64,000 nt of DNA from NCBI GenBank assembly GCA_951406725.2, contig OX597837.1, positions 15,934,001-15,998,000 of the forward strand, written 5' to 3'. The translations under genes were made by a program, and so were the position numbers. Shown one piece after another: positions 1 through 36,550 of the stretch. Positions within the stretch are counted from its first letter, which is position 1. The number at the start of each line of letters is the position of its first letter. Below the pieces are notes generated by a model that was not told the DNA's origin, ran no database searches, and saw only the letters and a list, made by a program, of their open reading frames with translations. The stretch is from Octopus vulgaris (lineage: Eukaryota).

Positions 1-1426
1 TATGTATGTATTTATGTATATACATGCGTACAAATATACCAACATACATACATACATACATACACACATACATACACACGCACATACATACACACGCACA
101 TACATACATAGATACATACATACATACAAACAAACACAAAAATACCGTTGTTGTTGAAATTCCAAAGAAGGAGCCTTGGATCTTAGGTTAGAAACCGGTT
201 CTTTCTCTGTTGGTAAAAAATCTTGAAATAAATCTGAACAATGACACACATATATTCATACGTACATAAATGCATTAACATGTATGCATATAAATACACC
301 TACATGTGTGTGTTCTTTGACTGAAAACAATCAGGATTTTCAGATCGTAGTTATTGATATTCAAAACTCCCAATTGTAGCAGCGAGTCCTAGAGTCTATT
401 CCGACTCAAAACCTCGTTACCTTTATATCAACTCATTACAACAGTTTGGCGCACAAATTCTTTCTATGCCTGAAATTTTGTGTGGCTGGGAAGAAGGCTT
501 GTCGATAACATTGGCCACCAAATGGAAGAAAGGCAGAATTTGAACTTGATTTAGCGCAGTAACGATTCTACCGGGTTGCCGCCTTTAGAACACATAAATA
601 CATAAAAAATATAAATACAAACGGAATATGTTCAGATAATAAACTAATGAAGCGAGAGTGTTATGGACATACGATCGTCTGAATGGAAACGTTGTAATCT
701 CCTGATAAAATGCAACAGCTTATTCACGTTTGAATCTGTCGGAATTGTATTAAGAACGAATATGTAAGGCAACGTTTCGAAGCATCAGTTGAGTTCTACT
801 GAAAATATCAGCCTTCACTTACCGTTTTCTAAGGAAATGGTATAATTTAACATCATGCAAAATCTTTGTTTTAGGCTCTTGGTTATGGAGGAACAAGTTT
901 CTTTCTTAACAGATGTCTTCACTTATGGCATAAACCAATGAGAGACAGGAAGGAACCGATGTTAAGAAAAATGTCATTGTATTTCTAGATTGTTGGAAGG
1001 TCGAAGTACAAGTTTATTTTAAAATTCGTTTCTTAGTCAACCAACGAACCGTGTCTCCCCCCCCCTTGTATACGTTACAAAGTCGAACAGTTTATGCCCA
1101 AATCCTTTCGATAATACTTTGGCACCAAGAAATTAGACATTAGCCTCGTCAGGGGGAGAGAAGTAAATAAATGAATAAAGAAATGGAAGGCTAAATCTCT
1201 CCTTCCACGAAAAACAACAACACTTTGTCGTTTGTTGAGCCGAAAGTTGACCTTGATTGAGCAAAAGAGAAGCTATTCCAGCCTTGACTATCAAAGCTGC
1301 ACCGGATTAACTATTAAATCAAACAAGCACGTGCTTAGTGCATTGAGGGGCAGAAATGGTAAATGATTTTTGGCACAAAACAAATCACTTTGAACGTACT
1401 AAGATAATATTCCAAGTGGGTATATT

Positions 1427-1596
1427 CGGCTGGTCTTAGCGATCGGCTTCGCGCTAGGAATACAACGGAGTGTTATGCAGCCGCCATATTCCTTTCAATA
1501 TCGGCCAGCTCTGGTGAGCGTAAGATCATATAATCGGATCGTTATCTAACACTCCGTTTTATTCCTAGTGTGAAACCGCTTGGTAAGGATCAGCCG
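1427..1596. repeat. MITE-like imperfect inverted repeat
   Basis: About 50-bp arms cggctg..ctaggaatacaacggagtgtta / taacactccgttttattcctag..cagccg around a 70-nt spacer. Confidence 0.65.
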
Positions 1597-3184
1597 TAAT
1601 GGATATATATATATATAACACTGTATAATACGGATATTCGGATACGTGTGTGTGTGTGTACACACACACATGATTACATATACATATATTCATATGTACA
1701 CACATACATCCATATAGATACATACACACATACACGGATGCATGCATACATACATGCAAATATACATTTGCGCGTATGTGTTTGTGTTTTTACATTCCTC
1801 TGATATAAATCGGCAAAAGATTAAAATGGTCTGGAAAAGGACCAAGTCGTGATTTCAGCCAAAATTTTGTCGTATATTTTCACCCCATTTACATCAACTC
1901 TCACTCGTTTCTTTCCAGTTGCATTACTGAAAAACGCTTCGGAGCAGTAATTGATCCGTTACAAAACTGTAAGCAACGAATCTAATGTTTATCAAGAGAA
2001 ATATAAAATAAAACAATTTATTATCAAATCTATTAATTCCAACTTGACGATAAAAAGGGAATATTCAAGGGAAGTTACTCTTGTCATTCATAATACTTTA
2101 TTCTCAGTAGTTATCGCCTCTTGCATAAAATTAACGTCAAGCCTTATTGAAATTTATAATTAGTGACCACCACCGATGATATTTTGCACCGTTTTTAAGA
2201 CTTTATGTCTATAAAAGGCGTGAATAGCGCAGTCAAAACGAATACAGCAGCTTAGTAAAGCTTTCAACTTATACACACTTTATTTATTCAGATCGCTAAT
2301 TTAGAATTCGGATTGATTTTAAAACTTTGTGTTTATTGTACGTTGTTCAGTAAATTACAGGAGCAATTCGAAAGGTTTGCCGATATCCGAATTTTAGAAA
2401 AAAAAGAATGCGAACTGCTATGCGTTGTACGGAGGTTATTTTGCTCTTGGTCTCCACACGCTTAACTTGAGTAACATTCAAGATTTCGGCAGCTGAAGGC
2501 CATAACAGCAACCAACTGGAATCGGTTGACAGCCGACTTTATATTGGAGCGACATTCTTATATGTTCTTAACACGCGCATACATCTGTGCTTACACGAAC
2601 ACATACATTGGTTCTCATGACGGCCTGTCCATTATTCCGTGTATATGACGGACACACAGACACACATATTAACATAGCAATAAATTTTCTCTTAATCCTT
2701 CTCACAAGGTTGTGTCTCTCTCTTTCCGCTCTGGAACTTTATTGTATTAACCGTGTGATGTACTAAAGAGCTATTCTCGTCACCTCGCATCGTACCTCGG
2801 CCACTTACACTCCTCTTCATCAAGACATCTCTTGCTATCCATTCTAACGTATTTTTACCTCTTCCAATACAAGGTGGGGGTTGCCTTGTCTTGTGAATAC
2901 TTTGTCACCTCACAAAGACCGGAGCTACAAAAAAAAAAAAAAAAAAAAGAAAGAAAAGCCACCCAGGACACTCTGTTAATGGGTTGGTATTAGGAAGAGC
3001 ACCCAGCCGTAGAAACCATACCAAAGCAGAGACTGGAGCTGGGAGCAGTCTTCTGATGCATTGGTTCCTCTTGAGCCATCCAACCCATGCCAGCATGGAG
3101 AAAAGAACGTTAAACTATGACGACAACGAGGATGATGGTGATGACACATTCCAAACAAGAAATGATTCAGAAATTATCTCCTGC

Positions 3185-3224
3185 TTTATTTTAGAAAGTA
3201 AGGACATCGATAATCGATTTTATT
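3185..3224 (-). terminator. Candidate polyadenylation signals of the STKLD1-like gene
   Basis: AATAAA on the minus strand at 3219-3224 and 3185-3190, 70-110 nt past the stop codon; the region is AT-rich, so chance hits are possible. Confidence 0.4.
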
Positions 3225-3293
3225 TGAGTTACACGATTTATAATTCATAAAAATCTTTTTCAATAATATTTTCATCGGAAATAATTATTAATT

Positions 3294-25936
<22,643 letters not shown>

Positions 25937-25977
25937 GTTTTTTTAAAAAAGTTATTACTAAATGTTTGTTTATTGCT

Positions 25978-26029
25978 GTTGCTCAGCAACAACACTTTCT
26001 GCACTGAATATGATCCAATCCGTGATTGG
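25978..26029. promoter_or_regulatory. Proximal promoter motifs: RFX X-box and inverted CCAAT pair
   Basis: GTTGCTCAGCAAC (25978-25990) lies about 40 nt upstream of the ATG; CCAATC-CGT-GATTGG at 26015-26029. Confidence 0.6.
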
Positions 26030-27280
26030 CTGATTTGCCCGACAAATTGTTTAAATAGTGTTGGTTTGCTTTAATTTTATTTCGCCCTTCACCTTTACCT
26101 TCCAAACCTCTCCCATCAATGGCCGTCACCCTCTTGTAGGGGTGGAAGTGTTACAGATGGCATCTCTTTATGTGTGTGTACGCTTTTTGTCTTGTCTTTT
26201 GCCGAAACTCAATCTGTTGAGCCTTTTATAATCCGACGATGCTTATTAAATCAATGAAGTTGACGCAAAAACGGTTGAGAATTATCTCCCTTCGTTCATT
26301 CCGAATTATTTCTGTCATTTTTTCCCCAATAAAGTTGAGAAAATCACTTTGTGGGAATTTCAAGTTCCGCCTTGAAATTTTGTGGTTTGTTTAGAGATCA
26401 CGGTCAAAGCAAACTGGAAAATTGTCTTTGACGTGAAAGTTTTAAGCTACACAGACACATATAAATATATAGATACGCATATACACCAACATATATACCG
26501 TTTGCAAATACATGACGGCCAACAACAAAAGTAATTTATTACGACCAAGCTGACCGCGGCGTAACGCGAGTTTTAGGCTGTCCTGCATGTTAATTAGATA
26601 AATCGCTCCTTTCCTTAAACGTAACAAACCTTCAACTGCCGGAAACACATCGATATGAAATGGTTGTCCCTTGATACTCCACACAACTCACGCTACACCA
26701 AACGAAATGGAACTTGCTAAAACGTCGACAAAGTGAAGGTGGGCAGCTCTAGTGACCGATCGCCACTGAATAAATAATATAATGACACTATTTTCCATTG
26801 ACTATTAAATTTGGAATACAGAAATTAATACGTTACCTATAAAGGTGGAAATCTCAGCTTTTGGAACGTATACCGGGTGCATGTTGAACTGACGTTGCTC
26901 GCTTCTCCAATATTTAATACAAATGTTGTTGGTAAACCTTGCTAACGACAAACCAACTTCGTAGCAGACATTTTACTCCAACTGAAATCATTATTTTAAC
27001 TTTATCGACATTTCGTCATCTTGTCCCGAATGTCACGTGATCAAAAGTATTTGTCAATTAGCAATTAGCAATTAGCAATTAGCAATTGCTTCAGACTTTT
27101 TAATTCGACAAAGTTAGGAGCGCATCAACTGTTATTTCCTGCTTTGCAACAATTTGTTGGAATGCTTTCGGTTTTTGGTCACTAATTGAAAGTAAGCAGT
27201 CGTCGAAAGCAACCAGCATTCATAATCCGTGCGGAAGGAGGGGGGGGGGGGCAACTGCAGAGTCTTTTAACCTTTTTATC

Positions 27281-27612
27281 TTTTACTTGTTTCAGTCATT
27301 AGACGGCGGCCATGCTGGGGCACCACCCTGAGGAGCTTTAGTTGACGAAATCGACTCCAGAACTCACTTTTAAAAACCTGGTATTTCTTCTATCGGTTTC
27401 TTTCATCGAACTGCTAAGTTACAAAGACGTAAACACATCAACACCAGTTGTCAAACGGTGGGGGAGAGACAGACACACATCTATATATATATGTATATGT
27501 ATATATTCACGATGGGCTTCTTCCAGTCTCCACTTACCAAATCCATTCACAAGGTTTTGGTCAGCCCGTGGCTATAGAAGAAGACACTTGCCCAAGGTGC
27601 TACGCAGTGGAA
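27281..27612 (-). mobile_element. SINE family B copy
   Basis: tttacttgtttcagtcattagac..ggccatgctggggcacc..gaagacacttgcccaaggtgc. Confidence 0.8.
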
Positions 27613-28089
27613 CTAATGAGGCCAGAACTAATGAGGCCGACAGAATAAGTATCAGATTTACTATAAAAATAAGTCCTGGGGTCCATTCTTTCAATTAAAA
27701 CTCTTCTGGTCGAGTAACTCATCCCGCTCAAAAGGACCCTGAATAAGGATTGTTTGAACAAACCACCCATGTTTCCAGAGGTGAATTATCCAAACCTCCA
27801 AGAATTCCTTTCAACAAACGGCTATGATGCTCCCCCACTACTTCTGCTCGTGATCAGAGATGCACATATCGTCAGCCACTAAGGGACATGGTCAACTAGT
27901 TAAGGCCAAACAACTTACTAGCAAATCTGTGGTATTGAGCAGAATATTTGCTGTAGGCCATCTTTTATACCAAGACAAAACAATGTACATGATAACACTT
28001 CCAATCAGTTAAGATCAGAGGTCAGGAGAGTCACTGTCTGGTATTGCATCAGGACATTCATTTATAATGCCCTTATAATAATAATAGTA

Positions 28090-28141
<52 letters not shown>

Positions 28142-28471
28142 GGCTGTTGTTGTTTTCGCTTTGTTGCTATTGTGGACACTGGTTGGAGACTGTGAAACTA
28201 ATGGGAGAGGCTGAATTATCTCCCCTATTTCATTCTCTTAATATTATGTGGCAGTGAATACAACAGAACAATAAGTAAAGGGAGGCAAATCAGAGCATAC
28301 TCACATGCATACATACGTACAATACATACATACATACATACATACATAATACATACATACATACATAATACATATATACATACACACACATACATACATA
28401 CATACACACATACATACATACATATATACATTCATACATACATGCATACATACATACATACATACATACAT

Positions 28472-28526
<55 letters not shown>

Positions 28527-28953
28527 CACACACATACATACATACATAGCATTATATGTCATGTCGAGCGCACTGGGATCCCATCAGCAAATCTCATAGT
28601 CTCCTTCACACTTCTCCCCCTCTCCCCCCTCTCTCATCCATCATCTCTGCAACATATTTTTTTTCAATGTTTCTGTCCTCCAGCAACTGTTGCACATATG
28701 TTCAACAAGCTCTGACTCTTACTTTTTCTTTTACCATTTACTGGTTCTCATAGCAATAACTGACCTATAATCACATTCTGTCTTCGTCAACACTGTCCCA
28801 CAAACTTTAATCTTACTTGTTTGATGGTTTCTGTTAGTAACATATTACGCACACACACAGACTCATACACACAAACAAACAAACACACATGCATAAAACG
28901 ATTTGTTTATTTCCTGGATGCATTTTTAATACTCACTGCAAGTCCCCGAGCTC

Positions 28954-30112
28954 TACGAGGCTAATTCAAACATTAAACGCGCTCTTGTGTCTCTAATTTA
29001 TTTTAACAAAAGCAGGGTTTGAAACATCAGTTTTCGACATAGTTTCTTTGCTTTCCGATGCACTTTTTCCAGCGGTCCCAAAGCTTGTTTTTTCCATCGG
29101 AGAAGCAGGTTTTCGGCTGGTTGCGCAACCATTTATGCACCTTCCTGTGCTTCTTCGTCTGTAGCAGATCAATGACCTCGTAAAGGATGCTGGAGCGGTT
29201 CAAAGAGATGATAATGAGAAGGGATTAGAACTGGACTGTATGCAAAGTTTTCCAGCAAATCGAAACCCAATTTTTCAATAGTTTCAACGCTTCAGGCGAC
29301 TGCGTTGCCATGCAACAGCAACACTTTGACAACAGACCTCAGCGTTTGGTGTGAATTGCTGCCGATACTGGTGACTGTAGACCCCTTTTCCAGTTAATGT
29401 TCCAGTGTAGGTCTTTTTGGGTCCCCAAAAGCGTCACTTTTTCTGCAGAGGGTTGAGTCTTGAAGTTCTCTTCCGCAGGCGTTTCCAGGGGTTTTTACTC
29501 CATACTCTGCCTAGATTCTGGCTGAAAGTGATGCCTTCGTTGTTGTAGCGGTCAAGTAAGCATTGACAGATCGCCACAAGAGAGTAAACTCTCTTGGCAC
29601 TCATTTCGCACACATTTTATGGAAGAGAAACTTCTCGGGATGATTTCGTATGCAGAACCATGACCTATTTGCGAAGAACATTCCACCTTATCGATGGTAA
29701 TTGGTCGGTTCGTCAGAACCATCTCACGAGATTGTTGAATCTTCTCGTCAGTGGTGGGCGTCTTGCCCCCTCTTCATGTTTCAGGCTTGTCCGGCCATTT
29801 TTAAACATCTCGATCTTCTCACAAATACTTCTACGCGGTTGAGTACTGTCCCCGTTTTGTATTAAAAACTTGAGATGAATTTCAGCCCCTGACATACTTT
29901 CATACCAGAGAAATCGGGTCACTGATCTCTGTTCGTCCTTGGTGCACACTGTCGAAGGAGTAGACATATTTACTCAGTATCACAAGAAAGAAAACTGGAA
30001 CGATCAAGATGAAACCGGTTACGTAACCCCAAACACGCAAGCGCCGGAGGCAGTGCGGTGAACCTGAAGAAAGTTTTGGCGAAAGTGCCGATATTTTTGA
30101 CTTCATCTTGTA
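28954..30112 (-). mobile_element. Decayed mariner (Tc1/mariner) transposon
   Basis: Fragments MSTPSTVCTKDEQRSVTRFLW..AEIH..FKNGRTSL (N-terminal HTH) and a YSPVLIPSHYHLF motif (YSPDL-like); imperfect TIRs with TA ends; many frameshifts. Confidence 0.85.
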
Positions 30113-31497
30113 ATATCTAGTGTCCTAAATATGGCGGTGAGCTGGTAGAATCAATAGTACGCCGGACAAAATGCTTGGCGGCGTTTCTTCTACCGAAGTC
30201 GACTTTTCCTTTCACCCTTTCGAGGTCGATAAGTATCAGTTGAGCAGTAGGGTCGGTGTAATCGACTCCCTCCCTCCGAAATTGTTGGTCTTGTACCAAA
30301 ATTTGAAACCAACGTCCAGTATCCTAAATGATAAATACTAAAACAATCCACCGCCAAGGTGTTAAGCATTGTAATGGACACTAAACGAGCACAACTCTGA
30401 TTTTCATATTTTCCGAAGGATTCCTTTCGTAATCTAGCTTTACTCACATAACCAACGCATGCAATTTTGTCTCTGTTCTGTTGTGTGACTGCTCAGCATG
30501 GACCGTTATGTGAAAGCTGGACAGAACATTGCATGAGGATAATCGATGGAGCGTGCTTTTGCGGTCCAAGTAGAATCTTTGAGTGGTCGGCGACCCGTGT
30601 TGTCACAGATCATTTGACGAATTTTAATAAAGCCTTATGATAATGTGAGTGGGAAATAAAACATGATGTTTTCAATAATTTGCGGGGATGTAGAAATGTC
30701 TAGAATTCTGTTTTTAGTATTCCGATATTTCGGGATGAAGAAAAAGTCGACCTCGGCCGAATTTGAACACAGAATGTAAAGATAGACAAAATATCCCTAA
30801 GCATTTTGCGCAGAGTGCTGATGATTCTGCCAGCTCACCAAAGGATGAATCCTGCTGTACACTTTCACCACAACTTTCATTCTTTCTTCCTGTTTCTGTT
30901 GTGCCTGTATTTCAAAAGGGGTCAGCCTTGTCACACTCTGTGTCACACTGAATCTCCCTGAGAACTACGTTAAGGATACACGTGTCTGTGGAGTGCTCAG
31001 TCACTTTCACGAGCAGGTTGTTCCGTTGATCGGATCAACTGGGACCCTCCTCGTCGTAACCGACGGAGTGCCACCTTGTACTTTACCAATGCACTTCATT
31101 TCACTTGGCACTTGTCTACTGAGCTAGAAATAATTTCCGGCGAGTCCTTGCGAAGCCCTCTCTCTCTAGCCAGGCGTCACATCCAGGATGTTCCAAAGGG
31201 GCAGGAGTAATGGCGCCGAGCGAGTGCCTAAGTCTGTTCGCCACTGTACAGCTACCGAAAGCAACTAAGGAAAGTATGCCACATGTTACCAAACCGTCAT
31301 TCTCTCGCGAGTGACGGCTTGTTGTATTGTGTGTGTTTGAGTGCGTTAATAGATGTATGCATGTATTCATGCATATATAAACATAGATAGATATGTGTGT
31401 GTGCGCGCGCGTTATCTTCTTCTCACGTGCTTCTATTCAGAAATGTGTACTTTAGAGAATTTGACAAAAAAAAAAGAGGAAATTTTAGAAAAAAGGT

Positions 31498-31528
<31 letters not shown>

Positions 31529-32043
31529 TTAACGCGATATTTCTTGAACTTCAAAGCAGATTCCGTTCCCATTCGAACCACTAATGAGCTCAAAGAGCAA
31601 ACAACGGTGGAATTTCCTCTTGTAAGCAATAATTGTGGTTAGATAATATCGTTCTGTCGTTCCGTTTCTGTCTTTGATTCTTTGATTCTTATTAATGATG
31701 TATAGCTTCTGCTATTCCGACTATCAAACGAAGAATTTCTCTCTCTCTTTGCCTCTCCCTCTCTCTCTCTCTCTTCCTCTATCTCTGTCTCTCCCCCTTC
31801 CTCTTCACCAGATAATGTCTTCAGATAACATCTTTTAGTTCCACGTCGTCCCCTTAACTCATCATCATCATCATCATCGTCGTCGTCGTCGTCGTCGTCA
31901 TCATCGTCACCGTCACCATCATCATCACCACCGCTGCGCCGTCGCCACCACGATCCTCTTCCTCTTCCCCCTCTTCATCTTCTATCCCCCACCTCGACTA
32001 TCAACATCATTATCATCTTCATCACCACAGCTATTGCTGTAGC

Positions 32044-32078
<35 letters not shown>

Positions 32079-32125
32079 CAACAATAATAATCATAGCAAT
32101 ATCATCATCATCACCATCATCATCA

Positions 32126-32163
<38 letters not shown>

Positions 32164-32275
32164 CTGTAATGTGTCCTTGCATTTCCTTCTCACCCGTCTC
32201 CCAAACCTCCTTATTACTTTTATTAATATTATTATTAAACGCTTCACTTGTTCACTGAACACACACACACACACA

Positions 32276-32329
<54 letters not shown>

Positions 32330-32532
32330 GAAGGCAGGGGTGCAGCAGTGTTTAGATAGGTTACCTCCCTTACCTCTTCCTCGCTCACTTAATTCCGCCA
32401 TTACAGCCTCTCATCAAATCCGCCATCAAACCGTCTTCTTCCTTTGAGATTCAGATTCATTCTTTCTTTCTGACCTTTGTTTGTTTGTTTGTTTATTCCT
32501 TTCTTTCTTTCTCAACCGCTTTCCATCATCGT

Positions 32533-33424
32533 CCTCCTGCCCTTCTTCTTCTTCTTCTTCTTCTTCTTCTTCTTCTTCTTCTTCTCCTTCTTCTTCTTCT
32601 TCTTCTTCTTCTCCTTCTTCTTCTCCTTCTTCTTCTTCTTCTTCTTCTTCTTCTTCTTCTTCTCCTTCTTCTTCTTCTTCTCCTTCTCCTTCTTCTTCTT
32701 CTTCTTCTTCTCCTTCTTCTTCTCCTTCTTCTTCTCCTTCTCCTTCTCCTTCTTCTTCTTCTTCTCCTTCTTCTCCTCCTTCTCATTCTTCTTCTTCTTC
32801 TCCTTCTCCTCCTGCCCTTCTTCTCCTTCTTCTTCTCCTTCTTCTCCTTCTCCTTCTTCTTCTTCTTCTTCTTCTTCTTCTTCTTCTTCTCCTCCTTCTT
32901 CTCCTCCTTCTCATTCTTCTTCTTCTTCTCCTTCTCCTCCTTCTCCTTCTCCTTCTCCTTCTTCTTCTTCTTCTCCTTCTCCTCCTGCCCTTCTTCTCCT
33001 TCTTCTTCTCCTTCTTCTTCTTCTTCTTCTTCTTCTCCTTCTTCTTCTTCTCCTTCTTCTTCTTCTCCTTCTTCTTCTTCTTCTTCTTCTTCTTCTCCTT
33101 CTCCTTCTTCTTCTTCTTCTCCTTCTCCTTCTCCTTCTTCTCCTCCTTCTCATTCTTCTCCTTCTCCTCCTTCTTCTTCTTCTTCTTCTTCTTCTTCTTC
33201 TTCTTCTTCTCCTTCTCCTCCTCTTCTTCTTCTTCTTCTTCTTCTTCTCCTTCTCCTTCTTCTTCTTCTTCTCCTTCTCCTCCTTCTTCTCATTCTTCTT
33301 CTTCTTCTCCTTCTTCTCCTCCTTCTCCTTCTCCTTCTCCTCCTTCTTCTTCTTCTTCTCCTCCTCCTCCTCCTTCTCCTTCTTCTTCTTCTTCTTCTTC
33401 TTCTTCTTCTTCTTCTTCTTCTTC
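32533..33424. repeat. About 0.9-kb (TTC/TCC)n polypyrimidine triplet tract
   Basis: Directly visible; it explains the poly-L/S/F/R/K ORFs. Confidence 0.97.
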
Positions 33425-33656
33425 CCTACCACCCACACATTTTCATCACCCCAGTCACCCGCTTCTTTAGTCATCTTCTGCATGTGTGCACGCACGCGTT
33501 TGAATGGGTCTGTGTGAATTAATCAAAAGCACACACACTCACACACTCACACACTCACACACACACACACACACATTATATATATCATAAATGCAAAAAG
33601 TTAAAGGATAACAAGAAAGAAATGATAAAATTATATATATATATTTATACTGTATG

Positions 33657-33702
<46 letters not shown>

Positions 33703-33771
33703 GCTCACCCACAAATATACACATATATAAATATTTATACATATATAAATGTATATATGTGTATGTGTATG

Positions 33772-33872
<101 letters not shown>

Positions 33873-35064
33873 GTATATATATATATATACATACGTACAT
33901 ATGTGTGTATGTGTATGTGTCTGTGTGTGTTTGTGTAATTTTCTCATTTCTCTGCAGTTATCCTGTTATCTCTTTCCCCTTCACGCAGGTTTCCCTGGGC
34001 ACACCCGAACTAACACCACCAACAACGACACCCCCACCGTTTCCACCAACGCTCTCTCTGCCCTCTCCCCTCTTCCCACCGATCCTCTCTCCTCTCTCCT
34101 CTCCTCCTTTCTATCTGTTTTGCCTTCCAAACACAGAATCGCCATCCTCGTTACTGTTATTGTTATTGGTTATTATGTCCTTGTCTCTTTCAAATCCTGC
34201 TTTGAAAAAAGAGAAGTCTGAAGAACGAGGCTTCTTGACGCTGCTACCCCTATCTACGCAGCTATTCCCGACCCGTATTCGACCCCTAAGTACTCCCTAA
34301 TACACCCTCATTGCACCATCAATTACTGACTTTACTTTGTCGCCGACAAAGAAGCGTCTAGACCTGCTTGAAACAGCAGTCAAATTATTCTCAAATCATC
34401 GGCTGTTGTCATAGATAGGGTTGTAGCCAGATTCAAAAGTTAGCGGCAGCGAACACATTGAAGAACGGCACCGTGGCACCGTGGCACATATCAAATGCTG
34501 ATTATACAGTTTATAAAAAGCGCCAGTTTGGGAAAAATGTGCTCGGGGGAAGCAGTCGTTTCCCTTGCTCCCCTATGGCCATAAATACGCTGTTTGGGAA
34601 AAAAGAAATGATTGCCAAGGCTGGAGCGCTTTTGGACACGGTGTTCACGATCTGAGATTAACTAAGATTACAATACAAGACATATAATATATTCGTGTCC
34701 GACGCTAATTTGACCGTCTGCTGCCCTCCCACCTCAACATTTCATGTACGAAGACTGTCAGGAAGCCTTTATTTGCAAGATAGAGTAGCTAAAGCTCCCT
34801 CAAACCACAACCTATCGTTTGTTTTATAAAAGAGGAAGGACATGCTGGTTAATGCAGGTCTAGGTATAATAAAAACGAGGTGGTCACGAATGGAATGTTT
34901 TTAACCATAGTTTTGCTTGATTAGGTTTAGCCCAGGGTTAAACACAATAACTCAGCGATAGCAATAAGGACAGAAACAACAACAACAACCACAACATAAC
35001 ACAAGAATAGCAGCAGCAACAACCACAACAACAGCAACATTAAAAACGGTAGCAATAATAATCG

Positions 35065-35283
35065 TTTCTACTCTAGACACAAGGGCCCGAAATTTTTTGG
35101 GCGGGGCCAGTCGATTAGATCGGCCCCAGTACTCAACGGGTACTTAGTTTATCGACCCCGAAAGGATGAAAGGGAAAGTCGACCTCGGTGGTATTTGAAC
35201 TCAGAACGTCTTTAAAACAGACGGACGAAATGCCGCTAAGCATTTTTGCCCGGCGCGCTAACAATTCTGCCTGCTCGTCGCTT

Positions 35284-35323
<40 letters not shown>

Positions 35324-35553
35324 TTCTTTACTGCCCACAAGGGGCTAAACATAGAGGGGACAAACAAGGACAGACAAAGGGATTAAGTCGTTTACATAGA
35401 CCCCAGTGCGAAACTGGTACTTTATTTATCGACCCCGGAAGGATGAAAGGCAAAGTCGACCCAAGCGGAATTTGAACTCGGAACGTAACGGCAGACGAAA
35501 TACCGCTAAGCATTTTGCCCGGCGTGCTACCGTTTCTGCCAGCTCGCCGCCTT
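35065..35553 (-). mobile_element. Two tandem SINE family A copies separated by (TAA)n
   Basis: Reverse complement of the family A consensus at about 35065-35284 and 35321-35553. Confidence 0.85.
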
Positions 35554-35892
35554 GTAAATGTTATGTTTTCAAACGTATGGACGATGGAGTGCCAAGCAGA
35601 AGCAACAACAAACAAAACAAACGAACGAATTTATCTGTTGAGCGAAAACATCTCTAATGTGTGGAAGCAGATCAACAAAAGAAACCTTTTGAAAGTACGT
35701 CTTGATTTCAGAAAGGCGTTCTTAGCCCTTCTTAGCCCTTCATTTGTGCTCAATGGTAAATCGGTGCATTGGAGCAATGCACCAATTGCCATAGAAACGC
35801 GTATAAAAACATCATAAATTAATCTTACCTTTTTTGTGCCTTCAGAAAAACAAACAAACAAAAGAAAACAATTGTTAGAACAATTTTTTTAT

Positions 35893-36061
35893 GGTGTGGG
35901 TGCATGGTGAGAGGTTTGCTTCCCGACCACATGGTCTCGGGTTCAGTCCCACTGCGTGGCACCTTGGGCAAGTGTCTTCTACTATAGCCTCGGACCACCC
36001 AAAGCCTTGTGAGTGTATTTGGTAGACGGAAACTGAAAGAAGCCCAGCGTATGTATGTGTG

Positions 36062-36095
<34 letters not shown>

Positions 36096-36245
36096 TTTGT
36101 GTTTGTCTCGCACCACTGCTTGACCACTGGCGTTCGTTTGCTTACGTCTCCGTTACTTAGCGGTGCAGTAAAAGCGAACGATAGAATAAGTGCCAGACTT
36201 AAAAAGGAGAAAGAAGAAGTTAGTGAGATCGATTTGTTCGATTAT
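35893..36245 (+). mobile_element. tRNA-derived SINE family B copy with internal (TG)n
   Basis: gggttcagtcccactgcgtggcaccttgggcaagtgtcttctactatagcc..ggaaactgaaagaagccc; other copies near 15495, 16330, 45480 and 54360. Confidence 0.8.
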
Positions 36246-36388
36246 AGGAAAGGCACCGAACTAGGCGAGTCATTATAGGTTTGGGATCAAATTCTCCGAC
36301 TGGCTTTTCGGAACCAAGCTTCTTCACAACTCTTTTTCATCTTTACGTCGTCCATAAATAAAGAACCGCCAAACACCGATTCTAATTC

Positions 36389-36550
<162 letters not shown>

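Noticed and set aside
823-856. Possible first coding exon of a downstream minus-strand gene (MMLNYTISLEN, then GTAAGT)
   Set aside because: Only a good donor and a short ORF; no homology or partner exon within the window
33989-34300. Strong + strand acceptor (ttcacgcag) suggesting an exon of a second gene
   Set aside because: No recognisable coding content or matching donor; it could be a UTR exon but is unsupported without transcripts
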